From positions 456,539 through 520,538 of the forward strand of contig BOKX01000001.1 in assembly GCA_016861205.1 (NCBI GenBank): 64,000 nucleotides of DNA. Reading direction: 5' to 3'. Numbering within the stretch: the first letter of the stretch is position 1; every line of letters starts with the position of its first letter. Positions 8,530-19,400 of this stretch are shown here, one piece after another. The notes under the pieces are model-generated. The model had not been told where the DNA came from, did not search any database, and saw only the letters and a program-made list of their open reading frames with translations. Origin of the DNA: Patescibacteria group bacterium (lineage in GTDB: Bacteria; Patescibacteriota; Microgenomatia; UBA1400; PJMF01). Position numbers and translations under genes: made by a program.

Positions 8530-9339
8530 ATGCAGATCATTGATACCCACTGCCACTACAACTTAGAGCCACTTTGGCCAGAGTGGCAAAAACACTGGGT
8601 ATCTGCTCAAGCCAGCGGCGTTACGCACAGCGTGGTGGTCGGCACCAACGTAACCACTAGCCGGCAGGCTTTGGAGATTGCCGCCAGTGAAGCCAACCTC
8701 CGCGTGGCTGTCGGCATCCATCCGAGTGAGTACCAGGAGCAACTGGAAACACCAGCCACGTTTGATAATCAGCTGGTTTCTTTGTCTGAGATCGACACTT
8801 TGGCCAGCCAAGCCAAAGTGGTAGCAATCGGTGAAACCGGCCTCGACTACTATCGGCTGCCCGATGACCAAGCTCTCCAAACTCAAATCAAGGCTGCGCA
8901 ACAAGCGGCGTTTGAGGGTCACTTGGTGTTGGCCAAAAAACATGATTTACCAGTGATTGTGCATGTTCGTGACGTGGGAGAAGCGGCGTACTGGGACGTA
9001 CTGGCGTTGCTCAAAAAGCACTCACTCACCCAACCATTCATTCTGCACTGTGTCTCTGGTCCGATTGAGTATGTCAAACAAGCTCTTGATCTGGGTGCTT
9101 ACCTAGGTCTCGCGGGCAACCTGACGTACAAAACCGCCGACCACCTGCGATCGATTGCAAAAGTTGCCCCAGCCGACCGGCTGCTACTGGAAACAGATGC
9201 CCCATTTCTGCCACCAGTCCCGCATCGCGGCCAAACCTGTGAGCCATGGATGATCGCCAAAACGGCGCAGTTCTTGCAGACTGAACTCGGTCTCAACTTG
9301 GACCAACTACACGCTAATAGTCAATTTCTTCTGGATTAA
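8530..9339 (+). CDS. tatD: TatD-family metal-dependent DNase/hydrolase
   Basis: IDTHCH at the N-terminus and conserved His/Glu/Asp positions of the TatD TIM-barrel (GETGLDYY, VHVRD, ETDAPFL). Confidence 0.88.
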   Translation: MQIIDTHCHYNLEPLWPEWQKHWVSAQASGVTHSVVVGTNVTTSRQALEIAASEANLRVAVGIHPSEYQEQLETPATFDNQLVSLSEIDTLASQAKVVAIGETGLDYYRLPDDQALQTQIKAAQQAAFEGHLVLAKKHDLPVIVHVRDVGEAAYWDVLALLKKHSLTQPFILHCVSGPIEYVKQALDLGAYLGLAGNLTYKTADHLRSIAKVAPADRLLLETDAPFLPPVPHRGQTCEPWMIAKTAQFLQTELGLNLDQLHANSQFLLD

Positions 9340-9354
9340 GATACAATTGAACCC

Positions 9355-10851
9355 ATGATCAAACGCTACGTTCGCCGCCACCCCATCCGTACTCAGCGTT
9401 TGCTCGAGATCTTACCTGGCTTTGTTTCGTGGTCATTGATTCTGTTTCCCGTCTGGGGTTCGATTTTATTTCCCGTAGCTGTGGCCTACTATGTGATCGC
9501 GTTCACGGTGTACTGGCTGTACCGATCGGCCACGTTGGCAGTTTTGTCTGTGATCGCTCACTATAAAATCAAAGCCGGTAGTTTGTTTGACTGGTTGAGT
9601 GACTTACAACAGACCTATCCCGAGCGCTGGCAAGACATTCATCACATCATTGTTATTCCCACCTATCAGGAACCCTTGAGTACGCTGCAACGCACACTGG
9701 ATGCTTTGAGCCAACAATCTTACCCACTGAAAAACCTGCACATCATGTTGTCATTTGAAGATCGTGAGGGTGACCCAGCTCGCGAAAAAGCTAAACAACT
9801 CAAGAAAGGCTATGGCCACTTGTTTGGTGACCTTTGGACTACGTACCACCCTGATATTGAAGGTGAGGTAAAAGGTAAGTCATCAAATACTTCCTGGGGA
9901 GCTAAACAGGCGAAACAGCACCTGGTTGATAAACAAGGGATGCCGATTGAGAACATCACCATCACCAGTGAAGATGCCGACGCGTTGTTTCACAAACACT
10001 ACTTTAGTGCCTTGACGTACAGTTTCTTAGGTGAAGCCAAACCGTTCAACCGAATCTGGCAGGGCGCGATCGTTTTCTACAACAACATCTGGAAAGTACC
10101 CGCTCCGGTCCGAGTCATGGCCTCGGTCTTTTCGGTGACGCAGATGTACATCCTGATGCGCAAGGACCGGCTAGTCAACTTCTCTACCTACTCGACTTCG
10201 CTCAAACACGTGCATGACATTGGTTACTGGGACACCGACGTGATCCCTGAAGACTACCGTCTGTTCTTCAAGTCGTACTTTGCCAAAAAAGGCGACTTTG
10301 AAGTTGAACCCATCTTCCTACCTATATATGCCGACGCTGCTGAGTCCGCCACCTGGCGAGCGACGCTGCACAATCAGTACCAACAACTCCAACGCTGGGC
10401 CTGGGGCGTCAGCGACGATGCCTACATTATTCGACAATATATTTTGACCGAAGGCGTTCCTTTCTGGGATAAAACCATTCGTGTCCTGAAAGTGATCGAA
10501 GACCACTTCTTGTGGCCGGTCAATTGGTTTGCGATCACTGTGTCCGCAGCTCTGCCACCGATCTTGAATGAGCAGTTCAGCCGCACCATTCTGGGCAAAA
10601 CCTTACCTCAAGTAACTTCCACCCTGTTAACGCTGTCACTCGTCTCGATGATGGTGCTGTTTGTAATTGACGCGATTAATCGACCGCCCCGCCCCAACAA
10701 GCGATCGGTCATTTCATATGTCAAACAGCCGCTGGAGTTCTTGCTGCTGCCAATTATTGGCTTCTTCTTCTCGGCCTTACCAGGCATCGATGCGCACACG
10801 CGGCTGATGTTTGGCAAGTACATTGAGTACCGAGTGACGGAGAAGGTTTGA
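9355..10851 (+). CDS. membrane-embedded family-2 glycosyltransferase
   Basis: N-terminal and C-terminal TM clusters flank a GT-A domain (IVIPTYQEP..., SEDAD acidic motif). Confidence 0.5.
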   Translation: MIKRYVRRHPIRTQRLLEILPGFVSWSLILFPVWGSILFPVAVAYYVIAFTVYWLYRSATLAVLSVIAHYKIKAGSLFDWLSDLQQTYPERWQDIHHIIVIPTYQEPLSTLQRTLDALSQQSYPLKNLHIMLSFEDREGDPAREKAKQLKKGYGHLFGDLWTTYHPDIEGEVKGKSSNTSWGAKQAKQHLVDKQGMPIENITITSEDADALFHKHYFSALTYSFLGEAKPFNRIWQGAIVFYNNIWKVPAPVRVMASVFSVTQMYILMRKDRLVNFSTYSTSLKHVHDIGYWDTDVIPEDYRLFFKSYFAKKGDFEVEPIFLPIYADAAESATWRATLHNQYQQLQRWAWGVSDDAYIIRQYILTEGVPFWDKTIRVLKVIEDHFLWPVNWFAITVSAALPPILNEQFSRTILGKTLPQVTSTLLTLSLVSMMVLFVIDAINRPPRPNKRSVISYVKQPLEFLLLPIIGFFFSALPGIDAHTRLMFGKYIEYRVTEKV

Positions 10852-10898
10852 TTTGGCATAATGGGAGAGTGTCACACTCACCTTCATCTCCCACTTTG

Positions 10899-12500
10899 AT
10901 GCAACGTCTGGACAGTTTTGTGAAACAACATTGGGGTTGGTGGAGCCTGCTCATCGCTGTGCTGCTCTTCCGTTTGCCAACCCTCTGTGAGCCATATTGG
11001 TACGGGGATGAAGGCATTTACTTGACCATCGGCAATGCTCTGCGACAAGGCAGGTTGTTGTACGCTGGCATCGTTGATCATAAAACCCCACTCATTTACT
11101 ACTTCGCCATGGTCCCCTCACAACTCTGGTTCCGCATCTTGATGATGGTGTGGATGATGGTGACGACTTGGTGTTTCTACCAATTAGTCTCGAGTTTTGG
11201 CTGGCGACGTTGGCAAACTTGGCTGAGTAGCTGGATCTTTATCTTACTCACATCACTTCCGGCTTTCGAGGGAAACATTCCCAATGGCGAGTTATTCGTG
11301 ATGGGGTTTGTGCTAGCTGGCTTACTACTTTTAACTCGCACCCGCCTGTGGCTCAATCTACTGGCTGATCCACGCCACGCCCGCTTACCCAGTCACTGGT
11401 CCAAACGTGATATCACCTTAACTGTGTTGGCCGGCATGAGTGGTGGTCTGGGCATTTTGACCAAAGTCCCTGGCTTATTTGATGTCGCAGCCATGGCCTG
11501 GGTCGGCTGGTTAGTACTCACTGCTGGAGTAGTTGACAAAGAGTTTAAAGCTCATGACTGGTGGCCACGACTCAAACTCGTCATAACGAGCTGGTGGTGG
11601 CTAGGATTAGGCATCGTCACTCCAATTGCTTTGAGTGTGCTCTACTTTACACTGCGTGGCAGCTTTGCAAGTTACCTCGAGTTTGGCTTACTTTACAACT
11701 TCCACTACGCCGGCAACTGGCAGCTCGATCTGCCATGGCCCTGGCTAGCTTTCTGGTTTACTTTGCCAGGCAAAATGCTGATTATGGCTGTTGGACTCCT
11801 GCTCGTCACAGCTTGGCAACGCTGGCAATCTCAGGCGTTGAGTTGGAGTTTGGGGTGGTTGTTGCTCGCCTTGTTCGGTTCTTTATTGTCAAATCGACCC
11901 TATCCCCATTACTTTTTACAACTCGTACCAGCACTCAGCATCGTGGTGGTTGCCTGGCTCGGTGAACTCACGCACTTGAAACAGTACCGTTACTTCCGCG
12001 ATAAAAGTCTCGTTCTGGTTGTCTGGCTGGCGACTGCCGCCCTCGTGGCGCTGATCCCGGTGTCGCTCTTGCTACTGAAATTTGGCATGTACCCTACCCT
12101 CAGCTACTACCAAAATTGGTGGCAAGTCGTCACTGGTCAAATCAGCCGCGAAACGTACTACCAACGCTTTAACTGGATCATTCCAGACAATACCCGTGCT
12201 GCCAACATTATTCGCTCGGCTGGAGCTCAAGAAATCTTTATCTGGGGCACTAACCCAATGCTCTACGCAGTTAGTCAGACTGCCCCAACTGGCCGATTCA
12301 CCGTGGCATTTCACATTAAAGATATCAATGCTTTTGACGAAACGATGCGTGACTTAGTCGCAGATCCACCATTGTTCGTGGTAGTTATGAATGAAGATGC
12401 CGAGACCTGGCCTGAAATGCAGACCTTTTTAACTGCTAACGCCTATCAACCAAACTATAGCTTTGAGCACTTTGTGCTGTGGAAGCGACCGAGTAACTAG
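10899..12500 (+). CDS. GT-C fold membrane glycosyltransferase (ArnT/PMT_2-like, polyprenyl-phosphate-sugar dependent)
   Basis: About 12 TM helices, with an early periplasmic-loop YWYGDEGIY motif typical of ArnT/PMT_2-family enzymes. A TTG at 10848 overlapping the upstream stop is an alternative start. Confidence 0.5.
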   Translation: MQRLDSFVKQHWGWWSLLIAVLLFRLPTLCEPYWYGDEGIYLTIGNALRQGRLLYAGIVDHKTPLIYYFAMVPSQLWFRILMMVWMMVTTWCFYQLVSSFGWRRWQTWLSSWIFILLTSLPAFEGNIPNGELFVMGFVLAGLLLLTRTRLWLNLLADPRHARLPSHWSKRDITLTVLAGMSGGLGILTKVPGLFDVAAMAWVGWLVLTAGVVDKEFKAHDWWPRLKLVITSWWWLGLGIVTPIALSVLYFTLRGSFASYLEFGLLYNFHYAGNWQLDLPWPWLAFWFTLPGKMLIMAVGLLLVTAWQRWQSQALSWSLGWLLLALFGSLLSNRPYPHYFLQLVPALSIVVVAWLGELTHLKQYRYFRDKSLVLVVWLATAALVALIPVSLLLLKFGMYPTLSYYQNWWQVVTGQISRETYYQRFNWIIPDNTRAANIIRSAGAQEIFIWGTNPMLYAVSQTAPTGRFTVAFHIKDINAFDETMRDLVADPPLFVVVMNEDAETWPEMQTFLTANAYQPNYSFEHFVLWKRPSN

Positions 12501-12572
12501 GTAACACTAGTCCTTCCTCGACAAGATCGAGTCGCTTATCCCATTGTCCAGCATTAACTGTATAATGAGGCC

Positions 12573-12923
12573 ATGACTAGCCAATCACGCCTCGTCATTC
12601 CGCGATTGCTGAAGGTGCCATTCTTACTAAGTTTCCTGATTAGTTCTGTTTTAACACTCCTGGTGCTTGTGGCGTACTTTCGAGTTCAACCACAAGTTCC
12701 ACTGTTCTACACGTTGGCACGACCAAGCCAGCAACTCGTCGCCAAAGAATGGCTTTTCCTGTTTCCGATTCTCTCGTTTGCCATCAGCCTGGTGCACTTG
12801 AGCATCGCACGCTGGTTGTATCCCCAGACTCGGGTCATTGTTCAATTGTTTAGCTGGATGACAGTGGCTATTCAAGTCACCTTAGCTTTAAGTCTCATTA
12901 GAGTGTTGGTAATCATTTCGTAA
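12573..12923 (+). CDS. small hydrophobic membrane protein, unknown function
   Basis: 116-aa ORF with 3 predicted TM helices, sitting 3 nt upstream of the WecA-like gene. TGTATAAT lies 4 nt upstream of the ATG. Confidence 0.35.
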   Translation: MTSQSRLVIPRLLKVPFLLSFLISSVLTLLVLVAYFRVQPQVPLFYTLARPSQQLVAKEWLFLFPILSFAISLVHLSIARWLYPQTRVIVQLFSWMTVAIQVTLALSLIRVLVIIS

Positions 12924-12926
12924 CCT

Positions 12927-13994
12927 ATGTGGCCATTTATTATTAGTTTTCTTATCAGCACCTTAGCGGCCCCGCTGGTGATTCAGTGGTATCGTCGTCG
13001 TCACTGGGTTGATGATCCAGCTACTCATCGACATGTCAAAGTCACTCACCAGCAACCGGTACCTCGGGGTGGTGGCCTGGTGGTCGCAGCTGGCATCGTG
13101 CTCACCAGCTTACTGTTACTGCCAATTGATTCGTACTTACTTGCCATCATGGCCAGCACAGTGTTGCTAACAGTGACAGGCATCTTAGATGATATTTATG
13201 ACATTCATCCTGGCTGGCGATTAGCCGCGGGTCTTTTGGCTGCTTTGATTGTAGTCGGGGCGGGAATTGGGATTGCCTATGTTTCAAACCCCTTTGGTCC
13301 AGGTGTGATCCACCTTGATCAACCAGTCTGGCAACTACAGATACTCGGAGAAACTCGCAGTGTTTGGGTGTTAGCCGACTTGTTTGCAATCGTCTTTATC
13401 GTTTGGAACATGAATATTGTGAACTGGTCAAAAGGGGTGGATGGACAGTTACCCGGATTTGTCGGCATCGCATTAGTGTTCGTTGGCATTTTGTCGTACC
13501 GATTCATTGACGATCCCACTAGCTTCAACACTGCCCATTTAGCATTCATTGTAGCCGGGGCTTTCTTTGGGCTGCTTGTCTGGAACTTTTACCCTCAGAA
13601 AATCATGCCAGGCTATGGGGCGGGATCGTTGGCCGGTTTTTATCTGAGCGTCTTAGCTATCCTGTCTGGGGCAAAAGTGGCAACTACGCTGATGGTTATT
13701 GCCATTCCCACTGCGGACGCCATTTTTACTATTGCCCGCCGTATTCGAGCCGGTAAGTCACCACTCTGGGGCGACCGCGGCCATCTGCACCACAAACTGA
13801 TGGACGTGCTGGGTTGGGGCAAACGCCGGGTGGCTGTTTTTTACTGGAGTGCTAGCTTAGTCCTTGGCATACTATCTTTGTATTTGAATACTATGGGAAA
13901 GCTGCTTACAATAGGCCTAACGTTTGCCATTGTCTTTGGGTTTTTGAGCTGGGCTAAGTGGGTGTCTGTTTATGGAAAACAAAAATCGACGTAA
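12927..13994 (+). CDS. polyprenyl-phosphate N-acetylhexosamine-1-phosphate transferase (WecA/TagO/MraY superfamily, GT4 family)
   Basis: About 10 TM helices. The MraY/WecA motifs are VPRGGGL, GILDDIYD (the DDxxD Mg site) and NxxNxxDGxDGL-like (NWSKGVDGQLPG). Confidence 0.8.
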   Translation: MWPFIISFLISTLAAPLVIQWYRRRHWVDDPATHRHVKVTHQQPVPRGGGLVVAAGIVLTSLLLLPIDSYLLAIMASTVLLTVTGILDDIYDIHPGWRLAAGLLAALIVVGAGIGIAYVSNPFGPGVIHLDQPVWQLQILGETRSVWVLADLFAIVFIVWNMNIVNWSKGVDGQLPGFVGIALVFVGILSYRFIDDPTSFNTAHLAFIVAGAFFGLLVWNFYPQKIMPGYGAGSLAGFYLSVLAILSGAKVATTLMVIAIPTADAIFTIARRIRAGKSPLWGDRGHLHHKLMDVLGWGKRRVAVFYWSASLVLGILSLYLNTMGKLLTIGLTFAIVFGFLSWAKWVSVYGKQKST

Positions 13995-14940
13995 CGAATC
14001 AGTCTTGATCGCCCTGCTGCGGACGGCACGCCCCCGGCAGTGGATCAAAAATTTGGCGTTGTATGCAGCGCTCGTGTTTTCTGGGTTATTTTTCTTTGAT
14101 CCTGTCGATGGCTGGCCCTACTTGGTAACAGTAACGTATGCGTTCGGCATTTTTTGTTTACTGACCTCATCGGTTTACATCATTAACGATATCATCGACC
14201 AAGAGGCCGACAGTCACCACCCATTCAAGCGTCATCGACCGATTGCTTCCGGATCATTACCAGTTCCAGTCGCTACATTTGCTGCCATCGCGATGTTGAC
14301 GGTCGTCTTTTTGATGTCGATGTGGCTGTCCGGATTTTTCCGACTATTAATCCTAACCTATCTGGTGCTGCAGTTCTTGTACGCCAAAACTACCAAACAC
14401 ATTCCCATCCTCGATGTTATCTCGATCGCCACAGGTTTCTTGATCCGCATTTATGCGGGCGCAGTGGTGGTCAACCTGCACATGAGCGTGTGGTTCTTGT
14501 TGACAGTCGTCTCAGCCTCACTCTTCTTAGCGGTCGGAAAACGCCAGAGTGAGCGAACACTGATGGCTGGCAAAGATGTGGGGGAAACGCGCAAATCACT
14601 CAAGCGCTATAGTCAACGTCTACTGGACCAGTACACGGGCATGTTTGCCAACGCGACTTGGCTCACCTATGCCTTGTTTACGTTTCAAAATGAAGTCGTT
14701 CGACCAGATGAACGGTTTGCTAATTTCTACACCATTCTGCCGCGAACACTACAGTCGCAAAAGTTGTTGATGTTAACTTTGCCGTTTGTGATTGTAGGAG
14801 TAATGCGCTATCTACAACTGGTCTACGAAGATAACGAAGGTGAATCACCTGAGCTAGTCATCATTCGAGATAAGGCTCTTTTGACAACTTGTTTTCTATT
14901 TGGTATTTCTGTCATGATAGTTATCTACTTCCTCACTTAG
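13972..14940 (+). CDS. UbiA-family prenyl-phosphate glycosyl/phosphoribosyl transferase resembling decaprenyl-phosphate phosphoribosyltransferase (DPPR synthase)
   Basis: RPRQWIKN at the N-terminus and the UbiA motif NDIIDQEADSHHPFKRHRPIASG (NDxxDxxxD plus HPxKRxRPIAxG), with 7-9 TM helices. Confidence 0.65.
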   Translation: MENKNRRNESVLIALLRTARPRQWIKNLALYAALVFSGLFFFDPVDGWPYLVTVTYAFGIFCLLTSSVYIINDIIDQEADSHHPFKRHRPIASGSLPVPVATFAAIAMLTVVFLMSMWLSGFFRLLILTYLVLQFLYAKTTKHIPILDVISIATGFLIRIYAGAVVVNLHMSVWFLLTVVSASLFLAVGKRQSERTLMAGKDVGETRKSLKRYSQRLLDQYTGMFANATWLTYALFTFQNEVVRPDERFANFYTILPRTLQSQKLLMLTLPFVIVGVMRYLQLVYEDNEGESPELVIIRDKALLTTCFLFGISVMIVIYFLT

Positions 14941-14946
14941 AAGCTT

Positions 14947-16464
14947 ATGCAACGCGTAAAAAGTTGGGCCACCCGCCACTACCTCGGACTACTAGTGATC
15001 ATTGTTGGCTTTAGTTTGCTGACACGTGTCATTCGGCTCGACCAACCACGAGATTACATCTTTGATGAGGTGTACCATGCCGTTACTGTTAAGTTGATTG
15101 CACGTAACGATGTTCGCGCCTATGAGTGGTGGAATCCACCAGTTGAACCTAACACGGCGGTCGACTGGCTTCACCCACCACTTGCTAAGTACACCCAAGC
15201 TGCGTTTGTTGTTTTACTCGGCGAAAATCCACTCGCGTGGCGTTTAAGTGCTGCCCTAACAGGTGTGATCGTCATCGTCTTAACCGCCAAGTTAGCCTAT
15301 CGTTGGTCAAATGACCATCTGGTCAGTCTCCTGGCCGCCGGCCTAGCTAGTCTTGATGGGTTGCTACTAGTTCAGTCCCGAATTGCTATGAATGATATTC
15401 ACGTCACAGCCGCTATCCTGGCTGCGATATGGTTGTACCTGGAGTTCAAGGCACGCCAGCCCGCTGGACAACTTCTTCCTCATGGCCGGCACACTTGGTA
15501 TTGGTGGTTAGCTAGCATCGCCATGGCAGGTGTCGCTATGGCCACCAAATGGTCGGGTTTATTTGCCGTGGTTTGGATTGCAGGCTGGGAAACCTGGCGT
15601 ACTCTTGATTGGTTAATTAAAACCACGCGACCGTCACGCTCCCTGTTTACCAAGTGGCTGACTATCTCGATCATCACCATTAGTTTCTTACCAATAACCA
15701 TCTATACTGCTGCCTACTCCCATATGTTTTTGCAGGGCAAAAGTTTAGTGTGCCGTGGTCAAGAAGTGGATCAAGGCAAGTGTTACTGTGATCAGACATC
15801 GTCGTGGTGGGTAACAGGCTTGAGCCGGGTGCTACCTGGGCAACGTTCAAACTTGGAAGCCCTCGAAAGTCGCGGCGGTTGCAAACGGCTGCTCTCACAC
15901 TTTAGCGAACTGCATAAACAAATCTGGTGGTACCAAACTAACTTAACTGCTACCCATGACTATCAGTCACGACCCTGGCAGTGGTTCTTTGACCTGAAAC
16001 CAGTTTGGTTCCACGTTAAGTATTATGAGGATGGTCGAATTGCAAACATCTATGCATTTGGCAATCCAGCCGTGATGTGGGGTGGCGTCGTTGCTGTGTT
16101 TGCCACTGTTGCTTTCTTAGTTCGAGAATTACCCAAACCTCGACTTTCTGGTGAGTGGTGGCAGTTGGCCACAATGTTGAGCGCCTACTTACTTGTTTGG
16201 CTACCTTGGCAGTTCTCTCCTCGAATCATGTTTTACTATCATTACACGCCAGCAGTGCCGCTACTGTGCATACTTCTGGCTTGGTGGTTACATCGGTTGA
16301 TGACTTGGCGCGTAGCTGCAAAACCAGTTGGCCGTTACATCATCGGCACGTACGTTGCCGCCTGTCTGCTTGCTTTTGTAGTGTGGTTCCCACACTGGAC
16401 TGGCTTACCTGTTAGCCCTGAGTGGATGAAACAAATCTACTTTGTGATTCCGAGTTGGAAATAA
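14947..16464 (+). CDS. PMT-family (GT39-like) polyprenyl-phosphate-mannose protein mannosyltransferase-like GT-C enzyme
   Basis: Multi-TM protein with an FDEVYHA loop-1 acidic motif (DE) characteristic of PMT/GT39 and a C-terminal membrane domain. Confidence 0.65.
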   Translation: MQRVKSWATRHYLGLLVIIVGFSLLTRVIRLDQPRDYIFDEVYHAVTVKLIARNDVRAYEWWNPPVEPNTAVDWLHPPLAKYTQAAFVVLLGENPLAWRLSAALTGVIVIVLTAKLAYRWSNDHLVSLLAAGLASLDGLLLVQSRIAMNDIHVTAAILAAIWLYLEFKARQPAGQLLPHGRHTWYWWLASIAMAGVAMATKWSGLFAVVWIAGWETWRTLDWLIKTTRPSRSLFTKWLTISIITISFLPITIYTAAYSHMFLQGKSLVCRGQEVDQGKCYCDQTSSWWVTGLSRVLPGQRSNLEALESRGGCKRLLSHFSELHKQIWWYQTNLTATHDYQSRPWQWFFDLKPVWFHVKYYEDGRIANIYAFGNPAVMWGGVVAVFATVAFLVRELPKPRLSGEWWQLATMLSAYLLVWLPWQFSPRIMFYYHYTPAVPLLCILLAWWLHRLMTWRVAAKPVGRYIIGTYVAACLLAFVVWFPHWTGLPVSPEWMKQIYFVIPSWK

Positions 16465-16484
16465 ACAACCCTACTTGGAGCAAG

Positions 16485-19400
16485 TTATTCCTGTGTTTGG
16501 TTGGGTGACCAACTCTCAAAGAACGCCCCCGACGTCAGCTCTGCAGCTACTTCACGAAGTAAGTCAGCCAAAAGTGCCACTTCTTCGTCTGGGAGTTCCA
16601 GTGTTCTGGTGATAAGTTTGCCACTGGTTTTATCGGCTTGTACAAACTCGAAGCATCCATCGACAACTGTGGCATCAAAAGTTTTATCAAGCTGAGTCAG
16701 TAGCTTATAAAACAACAACTGACGTTTATATCCTCCTTGCAAAGCAGGTGGCAGCTGTTGTTCTCGTTCTGACAGCTCAGCTTGGCTCGACTGAGTACTC
16801 GCTGTTAGTTCTCCCAACGTCCGAGGGTTTCCCGTTTTGTAATCGATAACTCGAACCAACTTTTCCTTTGGATCAAGCCAATCAATCCGATCAATTCTCC
16901 CTGTCAGTGGCACATCATCCAACCTAACTCGCTGCGAACCGGAGCCAAAGCGACGTTCAATCAGCCACACCAGTGGCAAGTCATTTTGCAGTTTTGACTC
17001 AAAGTACTGGGTCAAAACATTTCGACCTTGGGTCAGGCGGGCTTGCAACTCATCAGTGGTGAGCGGCTCAGCTTCCAACGCTGCTGTGAACCACTGTAAA
17101 ACTTGGTTGAGCGTAGGCTGCTCATCTCGCAAGCGAGCTTTGAAAAATCGCTCTAAGCTCTGGTGCACCGCCGACCCAAAAGCTAACGTTGCGGACGGCG
17201 GCTCTTGCAACCTCAGTAAGTATTGAAACACAAAATCATCAGGTGACCTCAAATACGTGTTCAAAGCGCTGGCTGACCAAGCAAACGAAGCTATTGATCG
17301 ATCGAAGAGGTGTTTTTGATCAATCCAGGCGAGTGGCGAGGTTGGTGGTTGTCGCCAACCAGCGGGTTCAGTAGTTTGAGAGGCAACCCAGCGATCGAGC
17401 TCGGCCTGATCCCAAGGCTGACTCCAAGATTTCAGCTCCGTCAAAAACTCACTGGGCAATGTCGCCTTTAGCTGCGAGCCCTGGGTGCTCTGGGCTGGCA
17501 GCGTCAAAATCAGCTCGTGTTGAGCCCGAGTAACCGCCACGTACATTAGTCGACGCTCATCTTCATTGCGATCCTTTTCAGTGATATCCGCGTGTTTGAT
17601 TAAACCAGCTGGCAATGGTAGGAGTTCACGACGGCTGGTGTTACCCCAACGACCATCGATACAACCTGACACAAAAACAGTTTGCCACTCACGACCTTTT
17701 GCTTTATGAGCAGTACTCAGGGTCACTTTGCCGACGGTATGCTCGTCACTTTCAATCTCAATTGGTATCCGATATTGGGTGTACAACTCGAGTCGAGCAA
17801 TCACCCCTGCAAGCTGCAACTGTGGTTGCACTAAAGTCCAGGCTGTAATCTCACGCTGAAGGGCAGCTAAACTGGCTGCTAACAATGGCCAGTTCGGCTG
17901 AGTTTTGATCCAAGTTAACCAACCGCTCTCTGTTAAAACTTCCCAGATCCAGCGGTTAATCGGAACCTGAGTCTCTCGCTGCAACCAAGTCTGCCAGCGC
18001 TCTGCAACTTGCTGGAGTTGGTAAAACTCGAGTTGAGTTAAACCTGGTGGCGTCTGATACTTGTCCAGTAACTGAAAATCTTGCGTCAGCAGCGACCAGA
18101 GACTCAACCGACTGACTTTGGCTGCCTGTGCGACTTGAATTACCGAACCAACTGGAATCCCCCACCATGGTTTTATGAGCAACTGAAACAACGCATAATC
18201 ATCAATACCTTGTTGAAGCCGATGCAGTGTTTGCCACCACGCAACCAGATCTTGGATGGCTGGCTCAAGCAGGATATTCTGACCTCCCTGGATAGTCACG
18301 GGAATCGATCGAGCCTGGAACGCGGGCACCAAGCTGTCGACTTCTTTGTTCTGTCGAAATAAAACTGCTATTTCATCAGGTTTAACTCCCGACTTGATTC
18401 GGGCTGCGACTTGATCAGCAATGAACTCAGCCTCCAGCTCAGCTGTTGGTAATTCAGCTACAGCCACAATCCCTGCCATGGGACTAACTGTTTGCAACGC
18501 CTGATCAGCCATCTGGGTAATGGTGCCAGCCCGCAGCTGATTGTGATGTATCAAGCCAGCTGCCGCGTCGTACATTAACTGTGGGCAGCGATAACCTGTC
18601 TCCAGAACAATAATCTCGGCAGCCGGATATTGAGACCTGAAAGCCAACATGTTTTCAATTGATGCACCCTGGAATCGGTAAATTGACTGGTCAGGATCAC
18701 CCACCACACAAATGTTCGCTTGCTCACCCCAAAAGCTGGCTAAATGTGAAACCAGTTCATTTTGGGCAGCATTGGTGTCTTGATACTCATCAACTAGAAC
18801 ATAAAGATACTTCTCTTGATACTCCGCTCGTAGTTCATCATTTGTTTGCAACGCTTGATTCACTCGGGTAATCATGTCGTCATAGTCATAGTGTCCAGCT
18901 TGCTGCAGTTCTTGCTCATAGGCTTCGTACACCGCTGCTAACTCTTGCCACTTAGCAACTTGCTTCTGACCAGCCAACAGCTTGGCTTTAGTCAGCTCAC
19001 TAGCTTGATCCTCGAGATCAGCCGTCTCCGCAGCCACCTGCTCGCGCCACTCCGCCACGGTGATCGCTTCTTTCTTTAACTGTGAAATTGCCGAACCAAG
19101 TTTGGATACGTACAGATCCGGGGCGTTCAACGGTCTGAGTGCAGACAGTGGCAAACGATGAACCAAGCGTTTAATCAACAACAATCGATCAACGTCACTC
19201 AATGGCTGCGCCGACTGGGTCAAGCCAAATATGTCTGGATGCATCATGAGGATTTCATTTGCTAATGCATGAAATGTCTGAATACTGACTCGGTAACCAA
19301 CCGCCCCAACCAAGTTGACGAGTCTGCGACGCATTGTGGCTGCAGCCGATTCAGTAAACGTCAACGCCAAAATCGCCTCTGGTGGCGTGTCAGTTTGCTG

